This document shows positions 48,919 to 58,934 of a stretch of DNA of 64,000 nt, piece after piece. This DNA comes from Archangium sp. (lineage in GTDB: Bacteria; Myxococcota; Myxococcia; Myxococcales; Myxococcaceae). The notes below the pieces were generated by a model. It saw only the letters and a program-made list of their open reading frames with translations, did not search any database and was not told the DNA's origin. Both the position numbers and the translations under genes were made by a program. The stretch spans positions 270-64,269 of the forward strand of contig DASQMW010000075.1 in the NCBI GenBank assembly GCA_035645295.1. The letters are read 5' to 3'. Position 1 is the stretch's first letter; each line of letters starts with the position of its first letter.

Positions 48919-51900
48919 TCCGCCAGGCGCCGAGGCAGGCGCACGGTGAAGGTGGTGCCCTCCTCCTCGGTGGAGCTCACGTTGATGGTGCCTCCGTGGC
49001 CGAGGACGATCTGCCGGGTGATGAAGAGGCCCAGCCCCAGGCTCCCCTGGCGCGCTCCGGCATCCGGTCCCCGCTGATAGGGCTCGAAGAGTCCCGGTAG
49101 CACCTCGGGGGAGATGGGGTTGCCTTCGTTGTGCACCTCGAGCAGGACGTCCGGGCCCTCGCTCCGGGTGGACACCCGCACGGGCGTGTGCCGGGGGCTG
49201 TGCTGGAGCGCGTTGCCCACCAGGTTGGTGACGACCTGCGCCAGCCGGTCCCCATCCCATTGGCCCCAGCCGTCTCCGCTGGCCTGGAAGGAGACGCGCC
49301 GCTCGGGCCAGGCCAGCCGCACCTCCGTCACCACCCGCCGGACATGCTCGTGGAGATTCAGCGGCTCGCGGTGCACGGGGATGCCCCGCATGCGCGCCTG
49401 GTTGAAGTCGAGCAGGTCGCGGATCATCCGGCTGGCCCGGTCCGCCGAGCTGTGGATGCGCTGGGCCGTCTTCGTGATGCGCTCGTCCACGTCCTCGCGC
49501 TTGAGCAGCGTGGTGGCGGACAGGGCGATGGCGTTGAGGGGCGTGCGCAGATCGTGACTGACGATGGCCACGAGATCCTCACGCTCCTGGATGGCCGCCT
49601 GGGCCTCCTGGTAGAGCCGCGCGTTGTCGAGCGCCATGGCCGCGCGATCGGCCACCCCGCGGGCCACCTCCAGGTCCGAGGAGGTGCACGTGGGGCGGTA
49701 CCGGTTCCACGCGAAGGAGATGATGCCGAGCTTGCGATCCCTCGCCACCAGGGGCACGAGGATGACGGACTTGAGGGCAAGCGCCTCCAGCAGCGCCCGG
49801 TGCTCCTCGTTACGGGCGATGGAGTCCAGCCACTCGGAGGTGACATCCGGTTCGGCCAGGGGCACGCCGGTGTTCAACAACTGGAGCATGACGCCCCCAT
49901 TTCCCAGGTGGGGCGGGTACATCATCGAGTGGTGCAGCAGGGCCTGCCGATCCGCGTCCCGGGCCGTCAGCTCCAGCCGGTGCAGCTGCCCGTCCTCGTT
50001 GAGCAGATCCACCATGCAGTAGTCCGCCAGGTGCGACACGACGAGCGAGGCAAGGCTCTTCAGGGTGGTGTGGACGTCGAGCGATTGGGACAACAGCGTG
50101 CCCACCTCGACGAAGAGGGCCTGGGCCTCCTCGGCGCGTTTGCGCGCGGTGATGTCGCGCACGATGCAGGTGAAGAAGCGCCCCTGGGGGAGCAGCGTCT
50201 CGCTGACGGAGAGCTCCAGGGGGAAGACGCTCCCGTCCTTGCGCCGGCCGTGCACCTCGCGCCCGATGCCGATGAGCTTGCGCACCCCCATGCCGACGTT
50301 CCTGCGCTGCTGGGGCTCGGGCACCAGGTGGCGCATCTCCCGGCCGAGCAGCTCCTCGGGCGCGTAGCCGAAGATGCGCACCGTGGCCGGGTTGACGCTC
50401 TGGATGGAGCCCTGCTCGTCGATGGTGATGATGCCGTCCACCGCCGTCTCCAGGATGGCCTCGAGCCGCCGCGTCGTCGCGCGCAGGGCTTCCTCGGCCT
50501 TCCGCCGCGGCGAGATATCCCGGGTGATTTTCGCGAACCCGCGCAAGGCACCCCGCTCGTCGCGCAGGGCGCTGATGAGGACATCCGCCCAGAACCGGGT
50601 GCCGTCCTTGCGCACCAGCAGGGCCTCCGTCCGGTACTGCCCCTCGGAGGCGGCGATGCGCAGCGACTCCTCGGGCACCCCGGCCATGACGTCCCCGGGC
50701 AGGTAGAAGAGGGAGAGGGAGTGGCCGAGCACCTCTTCCTCCTTCCAGCCCTTGATGCGCTCGGCCCCTGGATTCCAGCTCGCCACCCGGCCCTCGGGAT
50801 CCAGCATGAAGATGGCGTAGTCCTCCACGCCCTCCACCAACAGGCGGAAGCGCTCCTCGGTCGCGCTCTCGGCGCGCTTGCGCTCGGTGATGTCCAGCAC
50901 CGCGCTGGCCACGAGGAAGACCTCGCCAGCGCGGTTGCGCACCGGGGCGTGGTTGATGAGCCAGTGGTGGACCTCTCCACCCGTCGCGGGGGTGGTGCCC
51001 GTCACCTCCTGGCCGAGCACCGCCTGCCCCGTCTCCAGCACCTGGCGGCGCATGGGCGCCAGCTGGGTGGCCAGTCCGGGAACGACCTCCTTCGCCTCCT
51101 GTCCGAGGATGTTCTCGATGGGAGCGCCGACGATGTCCGCCAACATCTGGTTGACGCGCACGTAGCGCAGATCCCTGTCCAGGAAGGACAGTCCCACGGG
51201 GGCGGTGGTGAGCAGGGTGTCCAGTAGCGCGAGGGCCTCTTCCGTCTTGTGGCGCTCGCGCACCAGCTCCGTCACCTCCACCGCGTGCACGAAGACGCCT
51301 TCCATCCGCCCATCCGCTCCCCGGTAGGGGGCGTAGACGAAGTTGAAGAAGCACTCCACCGGCAGGCCGCCGTCGCGGTACACCCAGACCCGCACCTCGT
51401 GGCCCACGGCGGGCTCGCCCGTGCGGTAGACGTTGTCGAGCAGCACGCGGAAGCCCTGATCCTCCAGCTCCGGCAGCGCCTCGCGCAGGGGCTTGCCCAA
51501 TATCTCCCGTTTCCCGATGGCCTGATGGAGGCGGGGGTTGGCCATGGTGAGGATGTGCTCGGGCCCTTGCAGGACGAAGATGAGCGCAGGCGCTTCCTGG
51601 AAGAGGGCGGACAGGCGTTCGCGCTGGGCCTCGGACTCCTTCAGCAACCGGGCGCGAGTGGCCTCGGCCTCCTGCTGCGCGGTGAGCTGGTCCTGGCGCT
51701 GCACCTCGTCGCGCTGGAGCGTGTACGCGTCCACCGCCTCGGCGATGCCGGTGACGATGAAGGAGACCAGGCCCTGGACCTCCGTGAGGGAGAGGGACAC
51801 GCCCTCCTGTCTCGCCTGCTCGAGGATGCAGTCGTGCAGGACGCCATACTCACGCACCACCGCCTGGAGATTGAAGCCCTGGCTCAGGCGTTGGCCGCCG

Positions 51901-52151
51901 TGCGCCCGGGCCTGGGCGCTCTGGTTCGGCACCGCGGTGGATCCGCTGTCTCCGGTGCGGCGCAGCACCGCGGCCATCTCCTGGAGGTAATTCTCGAGAT
52001 GGTCCTCCAGGGCGGACCGGCTCCGGGGTCCTGGCGCCAGGCCCGCGTGTAGCCGCTCGATCCACTGCTGGGTGATGGCGTCTCGCCGGGATTCCAGCAG
52101 GTCGGCCAGGGAGGCGGGTGGGCTCGTGGACCCATGTGTCTCGAGGTTCAC
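48897..52151 (-). CDS. Cytoplasmic histidine kinase: RsbRD-N, four PAS, GAF, HisKA, HATPase
   Basis: HG.QR...GF (RsbRD-N), PAS motifs, SHDLRTPL, NLVGNA, GLGLFI; GTG with GGAGG RBS. Confidence 0.9.
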   Translation of the reverse strand: MNLETHGSTSPPASLADLLESRRDAITQQWIERLHAGLAPGPRSRSALEDHLENYLQEMAAVLRRTGDSGSTAVPNQSAQARAHGGQRLSQGFNLQAVVREYGVLHDCILEQARQEGVSLSLTEVQGLVSFIVTGIAEAVDAYTLQRDEVQRQDQLTAQQEAEATRARLLKESEAQRERLSALFQEAPALIFVLQGPEHILTMANPRLHQAIGKREILGKPLREALPELEDQGFRVLLDNVYRTGEPAVGHEVRVWVYRDGGLPVECFFNFVYAPYRGADGRMEGVFVHAVEVTELVRERHKTEEALALLDTLLTTAPVGLSFLDRDLRYVRVNQMLADIVGAPIENILGQEAKEVVPGLATQLAPMRRQVLETGQAVLGQEVTGTTPATGGEVHHWLINHAPVRNRAGEVFLVASAVLDITERKRAESATEERFRLLVEGVEDYAIFMLDPEGRVASWNPGAERIKGWKEEEVLGHSLSLFYLPGDVMAGVPEESLRIAASEGQYRTEALLVRKDGTRFWADVLISALRDERGALRGFAKITRDISPRRKAEEALRATTRRLEAILETAVDGIITIDEQGSIQSVNPATVRIFGYAPEELLGREMRHLVPEPQQRRNVGMGVRKLIGIGREVHGRRKDGSVFPLELSVSETLLPQGRFFTCIVRDITARKRAEEAQALFVEVGTLLSQSLDVHTTLKSLASLVVSHLADYCMVDLLNEDGQLHRLELTARDADRQALLHHSMMYPPHLGNGGVMLQLLNTGVPLAEPDVTSEWLDSIARNEEHRALLEALALKSVILVPLVARDRKLGIISFAWNRYRPTCTSSDLEVARGVADRAAMALDNARLYQEAQAAIQEREDLVAIVSHDLRTPLNAIALSATTLLKREDVDERITKTAQRIHSSADRASRMIRDLLDFNQARMRGIPVHREPLNLHEHVRRVVTEVRLAWPERRVSFQASGDGWGQWDGDRLAQVVTNLVGNALQHSPRHTPVRVSTRSEGPDVLLEVHNEGNPISPEVLPGLFEPYQRGPDAGARQGSLGLGLFITRQIVLGHGGTINVSSTEEEGTTFTVRLPRRLADQDQLMS

Positions 52152-52454
52152 TCCGGATTTCCTCCCCCGGGCCGAGGACAGAAGCCCCATTCCACTGAGA
52201 CACCAGCAGCAGGGGAAAGTAGTCCCCACCTGGGCAGGAAGCGTCTCGGCCTTTACGTACGAGCCAGGGGTGAATGCCAGACACACGGGCGGTGGCCAGG
52301 GCTCGCCTGGCTGCCTGGTGGCCGCTCTCTGGAGCTTCGGGCATCCCCGGAAGCCGCCGGGCGTTAACGATGATGGATGGTCTGACTCCGAGCGGGCTGG
52401 CGGGCGCTCTCGTCCCGCACCAGCTTCGTCTCCTCTGCCGTGAGGACGCACCCC

Positions 52455-52628
52455 ATGAGGATGAGGGACAACCGATATCCCACCCCCCAGACGAACGGGG
52501 GGTCCATCAAGCCCCGGAAGCTGGGCAACCCGGTCTCGAAAATGACCAAGGTGAGCGGCAAACGCATCGGCGGCGCGCTGCGCTCGGAGTATGCGCGCCA
52601 GCAGAAGCGGCGTGACACGCGGCGCTGA
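52455..52628 (+). CDS. Small highly basic protein (57 aa)
   Basis: GAGGA RBS, GC3-biased codons, Arg/Lys-rich. Confidence 0.55.
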   Translation: MRMRDNRYPTPQTNGGSIKPRKLGNPVSKMTKVSGKRIGGALRSEYARQQKRRDTRR

Positions 52629-52700
52629 CGGGGCGTCCATACAGCGGGGCCCTCACCAGGGACGGTCTGGCGAGGGCCGGGGGCTCTCGAGTAGCGGTGG

Positions 52701-53312
52701 TTAGTAGCGGCGGTCCTTGCGGTCCTTGCGGTCCTTGCGGTCCTCGCGCTGCTCCTGCCGGTCCTGCCGCAGCTCCTGCTTGCCGAGCCGCACCAGCTCC
52801 ACGATGAGCTCGCGCTTGCGGTTGAGCTGCGCCTGGGAGCGGGCCCCCATGAGCGAGTCCAGCTCCCGGGCGATCGTCCTGCGGGCCGCCTGCGAGGCCG
52901 CCTCGGTCCGCGCGTCCCGGACGTCATCCCGGTTCTCCGCGCGGCTCTCGCCCCACTCCCGGCGCGTCTCGGCCTTGGCCTGGGCCTTCTCATTGCGGCC
53001 CTCGGCCAGCTCCGCCTTCAGCAGCTCGCGCAGCCGGTTGTCCACCGCGGCCAGCTCGGCGGTGTTGTGCCTGCGATCCCGCGCCTTGTCGAAGCGCTCC
53101 AGCACGCGCTCCAGCTCGGCCACGTCCTTGCGGTCGTCCCTGCGCTCGGCGTTGTTCTGGCGCGCCTCCTGACGCTCTTCCTGGCGGTCCGGCGCGCGAA
53201 TCTCCTGTCGATCCGGCGTGCGCAGTTGAATCTTCTGGGACTGGGCGTGCGCAGAGCCGGCGAGGAGGAGGGCGGCAACGAGGGCGGAGGAGAACGGTTT
53301 CAGCGTCTTCAT
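52701..53312 (-). CDS. Secreted charged helical protein with DRQE/DRK repeats
   Basis: Signal peptide ending AHA; repeated cggtccttg near 52711-52745. Confidence 0.8.
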   Translation of the reverse strand: MKTLKPFSSALVAALLLAGSAHAQSQKIQLRTPDRQEIRAPDRQEERQEARQNNAERRDDRKDVAELERVLERFDKARDRRHNTAELAAVDNRLRELLKAELAEGRNEKAQAKAETRREWGESRAENRDDVRDARTEAASQAARRTIARELDSLMGARSQAQLNRKRELIVELVRLGKQELRQDRQEQREDRKDRKDRKDRRY

Positions 53313-53353
53313 GGTGGAGGCTCCCGGTGTGGGTTGCTGCGAACACCCATCTG

Positions 53354-53379
53354 GACGGGAGGGGCGGGTTTTTATTTCA
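53354..53379 (-). promoter_or_regulatory. Possible ECF-sigma promoter
   Basis: TGAAAT-N16-CGTC about 40 bp upstream of ATG 53312. Confidence 0.3.
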
Positions 53380-53650
53380 CCGCCAACTTTGGGATGTCAC
53401 GTCCTCGCTGCCATTGCGTTCCGTAGAGAGCGCTCAAATCGCTCGCGAGCGCTCCGAGGCGGGCGCGCAGCTCCGGTGGCTCGAGGACCTCGGCCCCCCG
53501 GCCGATCAGGACGAGTTGTGAGAGGGCGATCGAAAGGCGTTCGAAGTCGATCGTCAGGCTCGGTGAGGCCCGTGAGGTTGGTGCGCCAGCCCGGGAGCAA
53601 CCCGATGCCGCCGGTCGGCCGGGTTGGGCGTACACGGGAATCCCCGCATG
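53372..53650 (-). pseudogene. Collapsed YafY-type WYL regulator remnant
   Basis: AGIPVYAQPG / PTGGIGLLPGWRTNLTGLTE (post-HTH segment, frameshifted) joined to the WCX tail LIGRGAEVLEPPELRARL...LY. Confidence 0.75.
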
Positions 53651-53675
53651 GGGGCACAAGGGTAGCGCCCATTCC

Positions 53676-53690
53676 TGACAGGAGGTGTCA
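53676..53690. promoter_or_regulatory. Inverted repeat, putative WYL-regulator operator
   Basis: TGACA-GGAGG-TGTCA between the WYL remnant and the SDR. Confidence 0.55.
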
Positions 53691-53758
53691 ACAATCGTCC
53701 GGTAGGGTCACCGTCCACATCATTGGAGCTGGGGACACGCAGCCCGGAGGGAGACGCC

Positions 53759-54748
53759 GTGAAGAAGACGCTGGAGGGAAGGATCTGCCTGGTCGCAGGA
53801 GCTACACGCGGTGCGGGGCGCGCGATCGCCTGCACGCTCGGCGAGGCGGGGGCGACCGTCTACTGCACGGGCCGCAGCACCCGCGCGCAGACGGAGCGGG
53901 GCAAGGGTCCCGGTCCCTTCCTGGAGCTGGATCGCCGCCCCGAGACGATCGAGGAGACGGCCGAACTGGTCACCGCGCGAGGGGGCAGGGGGATCGCCGT
54001 GCGTGCCGACCACACGGTGGAGTCAGAGGTAGAGGCCCTCTGCGCACGCATCCGTGCCGAGCACGGCAGGCTGGATGTGCTCGTGAACGACATCTGGGGC
54101 GGTGACGAGCTGACCGATTTCGGAGCGCCCTTCTGGAAGCTCTCCCTGGAGAAGGGGCACCTGCTGCTCGATCGGGCGGTCTGGTCCCACATCGTGACGA
54201 GCCGCCATGCCGTGCCCCTCCTGCTCGAGGGGGAGCGCGGGTTGATCGTCGAGGTGACCGATGGCGATCACTTCGGCTATCGCGGCAACCTGTTCTACGA
54301 CCTGGCCAAGATGTCCGTCATCCGCCTCGCCTTCGCGATGGCCACCGAGCTCCGGAAGAAGCCCGGGATGACGGCCCTCGCCGTCACGCCGGGCTTCCTC
54401 CGCTCGGAGACGATGCTCGAGCATTTCGGCGTCACCGAGGCGACGTGGCGGGATGGTGCGGCGAAGGATCCCAACTTCATCGCCTCGGAGACGCCGTACT
54501 ACGTGGCGCGCGGAGTCACGGCGCTCGCCGCGGATCCGGACGTCCGGCGCAAGGCGGGCCGCGTCTTCAGCTCCTGGGATCTCGCCCGGGAGTACGGCTT
54601 CACCGATGTGGATGGGCGGAAGCCAGACTGGGCGGCCCACTTCCGCGAGACGTACGGGCGCGTCTATCCGGTGGCGGATGAGCGCGCGTACGCCTCGTGG
54701 TTCGACGGTCCCATGGACATCGCGTTCCCGGACTTCATCAAGGACTGA
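53759..54748 (+). CDS. Short-chain dehydrogenase/reductase
   Basis: VAGATRGAG, LDVLVND, YDLAK, TPGFLRSE; GTG with GGAGG. Confidence 0.92.
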   Translation: MKKTLEGRICLVAGATRGAGRAIACTLGEAGATVYCTGRSTRAQTERGKGPGPFLELDRRPETIEETAELVTARGGRGIAVRADHTVESEVEALCARIRAEHGRLDVLVNDIWGGDELTDFGAPFWKLSLEKGHLLLDRAVWSHIVTSRHAVPLLLEGERGLIVEVTDGDHFGYRGNLFYDLAKMSVIRLAFAMATELRKKPGMTALAVTPGFLRSETMLEHFGVTEATWRDGAAKDPNFIASETPYYVARGVTALAADPDVRRKAGRVFSSWDLAREYGFTDVDGRKPDWAAHFRETYGRVYPVADERAYASWFDGPMDIAFPDFIKD

Positions 54749-54763
54749 GTCCGGGGGGGCCGC

Positions 54764-56188
54764 TCAGCCCCTCATCCAGCGGCCGTGGTAGAAGCGCGTG
54801 TAGAACTTGGCCCCAGTGCTGTCCTTGACGTCGAACTGCCCGTCGCCGTTGCCCGCGGCATCACCCGGATCGTTCGCCTGGCAGGAGACGCACCGCAGCT
54901 TGTTGGGCCACACCGTGCTGCCGCCGTAGGGCTGGCCGTTGTAGGTGAGCGACTCGCCGTAGGCGACTCGGGAGTGCACGTGCTCGTCCCACGGGCCTCC
55001 CGTCTTGCCGGCGTAGCCGATGATCGTGTTCATCCCGACGCTCGTGCCCCAGGTAATCCCAGACGCGACGCTCGTCAGGTGCGCCATGATGGCCCGGTAG
55101 CCGTTGTTGCGGACCACCACGTAGTTGCCCAGTGTGTAGTAGCCCTCGCTGTCGGCGTAGTCCCAGCCCGCCCACTCCACCGTGCCGGTGATCGCCGGGT
55201 ACACGTTGGCGTTCTTATGCGCCGGCCAGTCGTTGGCGTAGTACTGGTTGAGCAGCCCCGTGTTGCACTTGCGGACGTGGTAGTTCTGCCCCCACCAGCT
55301 GCCGTAGTTGCCGCTCATGGCGCTCCAACCCGGGTCCCCAGGGCGGAGGTTGTAGTACGTGCCGGAGTAGACCGTCGTGTAGCCGCTGTAGAACTTGTTG
55401 GTGTAGTCCCACACCGTCTGCCAGAACATGCCGCCCGGCTGCCCGAACTCGCACGCCGTCTGCTGCGCGGAGACGTCAGCCTCCTGCACGTCCTGCTCCT
55501 GCGTGGGCTCGCCACCTTCAAGGGCGGTGAGCAGGATGCGCTCGGCCTGCGCTCGCTGGTTGAAGGCGAGCTGCTCCGCGGGGGGCGTGGCGTACTTCGC
55601 CTGCTCCACGGGCACCAGGTTCAGCGACTGCACGGAGCGCTTGGGCTGCTCGAACCGCAGGCTGGCCAACACGCCCCGGGCGCGCGAGTCCAGCCCCGGC
55701 TCCATCGTCCACAGGCCGATCCGGTACACCCGGTCGCCGTCCGCCACGTACACCAGCGAGTACGGATCCGTGCCCGGCAAGCCGCTCACCACCGTGCCTC
55801 GCAGGCCCTGGCCCACCACCACCTCGGAGCGGGTGGGGGAGAACTCCTGGTACTTGCTCATCAGATCCTGCACCAGGCCTTCGATCTGGTCCGGCTTGAC
55901 CTGATACGCCAGCGCGACGCGAGCCACCGGCGAGCGCTCATGCCCGCCGCTCATGGCGCCACCCGGCTCGAACAGCGCGAAGCCGTAGGTGTTGAACAGC
56001 ACCGGATCCTGCTGCACGCGCCAGTCGCTCGGCACCTCGATGGCGATGCCCGCCACGTCGTCGCGGACCGTCTGCGTCGTCACACCGACCGCTTCGGCGG
56101 CCACGCCATCCGTCGGGGAAGTGTCCGTGGAGGGCTCACAGGCCACCAGCACCGCGGCACAAGACAAAAGGGTACCAAGGCGTTTCAT
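54764..56188 (-). CDS. Lipoprotein with C-terminal M23 peptidase domain
   Basis: LVAC lipobox; H...YANDW, G.V..AG, LGNYVVV, AHL, IGYAG.TG, HVH. Confidence 0.82.
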   Translation of the reverse strand: MKRLGTLLSCAAVLVACEPSTDTSPTDGVAAEAVGVTTQTVRDDVAGIAIEVPSDWRVQQDPVLFNTYGFALFEPGGAMSGGHERSPVARVALAYQVKPDQIEGLVQDLMSKYQEFSPTRSEVVVGQGLRGTVVSGLPGTDPYSLVYVADGDRVYRIGLWTMEPGLDSRARGVLASLRFEQPKRSVQSLNLVPVEQAKYATPPAEQLAFNQRAQAERILLTALEGGEPTQEQDVQEADVSAQQTACEFGQPGGMFWQTVWDYTNKFYSGYTTVYSGTYYNLRPGDPGWSAMSGNYGSWWGQNYHVRKCNTGLLNQYYANDWPAHKNANVYPAITGTVEWAGWDYADSEGYYTLGNYVVVRNNGYRAIMAHLTSVASGITWGTSVGMNTIIGYAGKTGGPWDEHVHSRVAYGESLTYNGQPYGGSTVWPNKLRCVSCQANDPGDAAGNGDGQFDVKDSTGAKFYTRFYHGRWMRG

Positions 56189-56373
56189 CGCCGGCCTCGT
56201 CGTCAGGGGGAAGGGGGAACTGAGGCCACCATACCCGGTCCGGGAGGTCTTGTTAAGCGGGATTCTCAGGAAAAGAGAAAATCAGGGCTTCAACTGACGC
56301 CGGGGCGGACCCGGCGCCAGCGGGCCCCTGGAGGCCTACACCGCCTGCCCGAGGGCCACGGTCAAGCGTCCGC

Positions 56374-57594
56374 TCATCGCGCCCCCTGGCCGAGCAGCGC
56401 CGCGCGCAGCAGTTCGGCGCCCTCCAGAACCATCTTCGTGTCGCAGCTGAAGGCGAAGCGGATGGCGTTGTCGCACGAGTGGCCGAAGGCATCGCCGGGC
56501 GCGCTGCCAATGCCCTGCGCCGCCAGCCTCGCCGACAGCGCGTCCGCGTTGGCGACATCCAACCGCGCGTAGAGCGAGGGCTCGAGCTCCGCCCACACGT
56601 AGAACGCCCCGCGCGGGGTGAAGGGGCGCACGCCCGGGATTCCCTCCAGCGCCTTCACCAGCGCGTCGCGCCGCACGCGGTACTCGGCGCGCATCGCCTG
56701 CAGGTTGTCCTGCGGTCCCGTCACCGCCGCCAGGGCGCCCCACTGCGCCAGGCTGTTCACGCCGTTGATGGTACAGCGCAAGAGCTTCTGCACCCGCTTC
56801 TGCAGCAGCGGCCAGGGCGTGTGCAGGTAGCCCGTGCGCAGCCCGCTCATGGCGTGGCTCTTGGAGAAGGAATAGACGCTGATGACGCGCTCGGCCCAGT
56901 CCCCGGCCAGCGAGGCGATGGAGTGGTGCACGTGCGGCTCGTAGATGACGTCCTCGTACGCCTCGTCCGAGACGATCCACAGGTCATGCTTGCGCGCCAG
57001 TGCGACGATCGCCTCCAGCGTCTCGCGCGGCATGACGGCGCCCGTGGGATTGTGCGGCGTGTTGAGGAAGATGGCGCGCGTGCGCGGGGTGATCGCCGCC
57101 GCGATGGCCTCGGGGCGGTAGGCATAGCCCTCCTCGGCGCGCACCGGGATGCCCACCGGCTTGCCCCCGGCGAGCTTCACGTTCTCCGCCACCTCGGTCC
57201 ACATGGGATCGGGGAGGATCACCTCGTCTCCCAGCGTGAGCAGCGCGCCGAAGGTCACGTACAGCGCGTGCATCGCGCCGTTGGTCAGGAAGACCTGCTC
57301 CGCCGTCGCGCCCTGGATGCCGTTCTTCTGCCGCAGCTTGTCGGCCAGCGCCGCGCGCAGCTCCGGAATACCGTCGTTCGGCACGTAGTGGGTCTTGCCC
57401 GCCTTCATCGCCGCGCTGCTCGCCTCCGCCACGTGCGGCGCGATCGAGAAGCTGGGGTCACCGGACTCGAAACGGATCACCCGCTTGCCGGTTGCCTGGG
57501 CACGGAGCAGCCCCTCGCGGATCTGCACGATCTTACCGAAGGAGATCGAATCCAGTGGATGCGCGGGAAGCTTCTCGTTCACGGCCGTTGACAT
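56374..57594 (-). CDS. PLP-dependent aminotransferase class I/II
   Basis: GDP.F, G..ELR, NTPHNPTG, SDEAY, SFSKSHAMSGLRTG. Confidence 0.93.
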   Translation of the reverse strand: MSTAVNEKLPAHPLDSISFGKIVQIREGLLRAQATGKRVIRFESGDPSFSIAPHVAEASSAAMKAGKTHYVPNDGIPELRAALADKLRQKNGIQGATAEQVFLTNGAMHALYVTFGALLTLGDEVILPDPMWTEVAENVKLAGGKPVGIPVRAEEGYAYRPEAIAAAITPRTRAIFLNTPHNPTGAVMPRETLEAIVALARKHDLWIVSDEAYEDVIYEPHVHHSIASLAGDWAERVISVYSFSKSHAMSGLRTGYLHTPWPLLQKRVQKLLRCTINGVNSLAQWGALAAVTGPQDNLQAMRAEYRVRRDALVKALEGIPGVRPFTPRGAFYVWAELEPSLYARLDVANADALSARLAAQGIGSAPGDAFGHSCDNAIRFAFSCDTKMVLEGAELLRAALLGQGAR

Positions 57595-57643
57595 CGTCTT
57601 GTTCTCCTCGGACCTGCGGGTGTGGGGTGCAACGGGCGGCGGG

Positions 57644-57677
57644 AAATAAAAAAGCCCGCCAGCAGGGGGCTGGCGGG
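57644..57677 (-). terminator. Intrinsic terminator (attenuator-like) upstream of the aminotransferase
   Basis: Minus strand CCCGCCAGC-loop5-GCTGGCGGG then CTTTTTTATTT. Confidence 0.75.
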
Positions 57678-58934
57678 TGCCGGGGTTGGCGCTCTTCTAC
57701 GGGGGCATGGTGCAGGGCAAGAACGTGCTCTCCACCCTCATGCACAGCTTCGGGGCTCTGGCGGTGGTGACGGTGGTGTGGGCGCTGTGGGGTTACTCGC
57801 TCGCTTTCGGAGAGAGCCACGGAGGGCTCATCGGAGGGGCCACGCACCTGTTCATGAAGGACGTGGGGCAGGAGGCCAAGGGCACGCTGCCCCACATCCT
57901 CTTCTTCCTCTTCCAGGGCACCTTCGCCGCCATCACGCCCGCGCTCATCAGCGGCGCGTACCCCGAGCGGCTCAAGTTCTCCGCCTTCCTGCTCTTCACC
58001 GTGCTGTGGACGACGTTCGTCTACGCCCCCCGTGGCGCACTGGGTGTGGGCTCCGGACGGCTGGCTGCTGAAGCTGGGCGCGCTCGACTTCGCGGGCGGC
58101 GCCGTGGTGCACCTCACCAGTGGTGTGTCGGCGCTCGTGGTGGCGCTCGTGGTGGGCCGCCGCCGGGGCGCGCGTCAGCCCCCGCATAACCTCACCTTCA
58201 CCCTGGTGGGGGCGGGGCTCCTCTGGTTTGGCTGGTTCGGCTTCAACGCGGGCAGTGCGCTCGCCGCCAACGAACTGGCCGGTGTCGCCGCGGCGAACAC
58301 CCACCTGGCGGCCGCGGCCGGCGCGGTGGCGTGGGGCGTCGTGGACTTGGTGCGGCTGAAGAAGGTGACGGCGCTCGGGGCCGCCAGCGGGCTCGTGGCG
58401 GGGCTGGTGGGCATCACTCCGGCGGCCGGCTTCGTCCCGCCCATGGGCGCGCTGGCCATCGGGCTCCTGGCCGGCGCGGCCTGCTACGGCGGCGTCCTCC
58501 TCAAGGAGCACCTCCGCTACGACGATGCGTTGGATGTCGTCGGCGTGCACGGGGTGGGGGGCCTGCTCGGCGCCCTGCTCACGGGGGTGTTCGCCACGGT
58601 GGCCGTCAACCCGGCGGGGGCCGATGGCCTCCTCGCGAGCGGCAACTGGGCCCTTCTCGGCAAGCAGGCGCTCAGCGTGCTGGCCGTGGCCGCCTTCTCC
58701 GCGCTCCTTACCTTCGTCCTCCTCAAGGTGGTGCAGGCGGTGGTGGGGCTGCGCGTGGACGCCGAGGCCGAGTTCGAGGGCCTGGATCCCCACGTCCATG
58801 GCGAGCGCGCCTACCACACCGGCATGTCCCTGGGCGGCTACGGCATGACGCCGCGCGAGGCGCCGGCTCCCAAGGCCCGTGAGGAGTCCGGGAAGAAGGC
58901 GACGCTGGGCGCCGGCCCCGTGATGGAGGGGTAA
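57677..58934 (+). pseudogene. amtB: Ammonium transporter, 5'-truncated and frameshifted
   Basis: PGLALFYGG, FQGTFAAITPALISGA, then frameshift at C-run 58026-58031 into AHWVW, DFAGG.VVH, LWFGWFGFNAGS, DDALD..GVHG; in-frame TAA at 57647, TM1 missing. Confidence 0.85.

Noticed and set aside
58026-58031. Programmed frameshift or phase variation in amt
   Set aside because: The C6 run is short and the gene is also 5'-truncated; decay or sequencing error is simpler.
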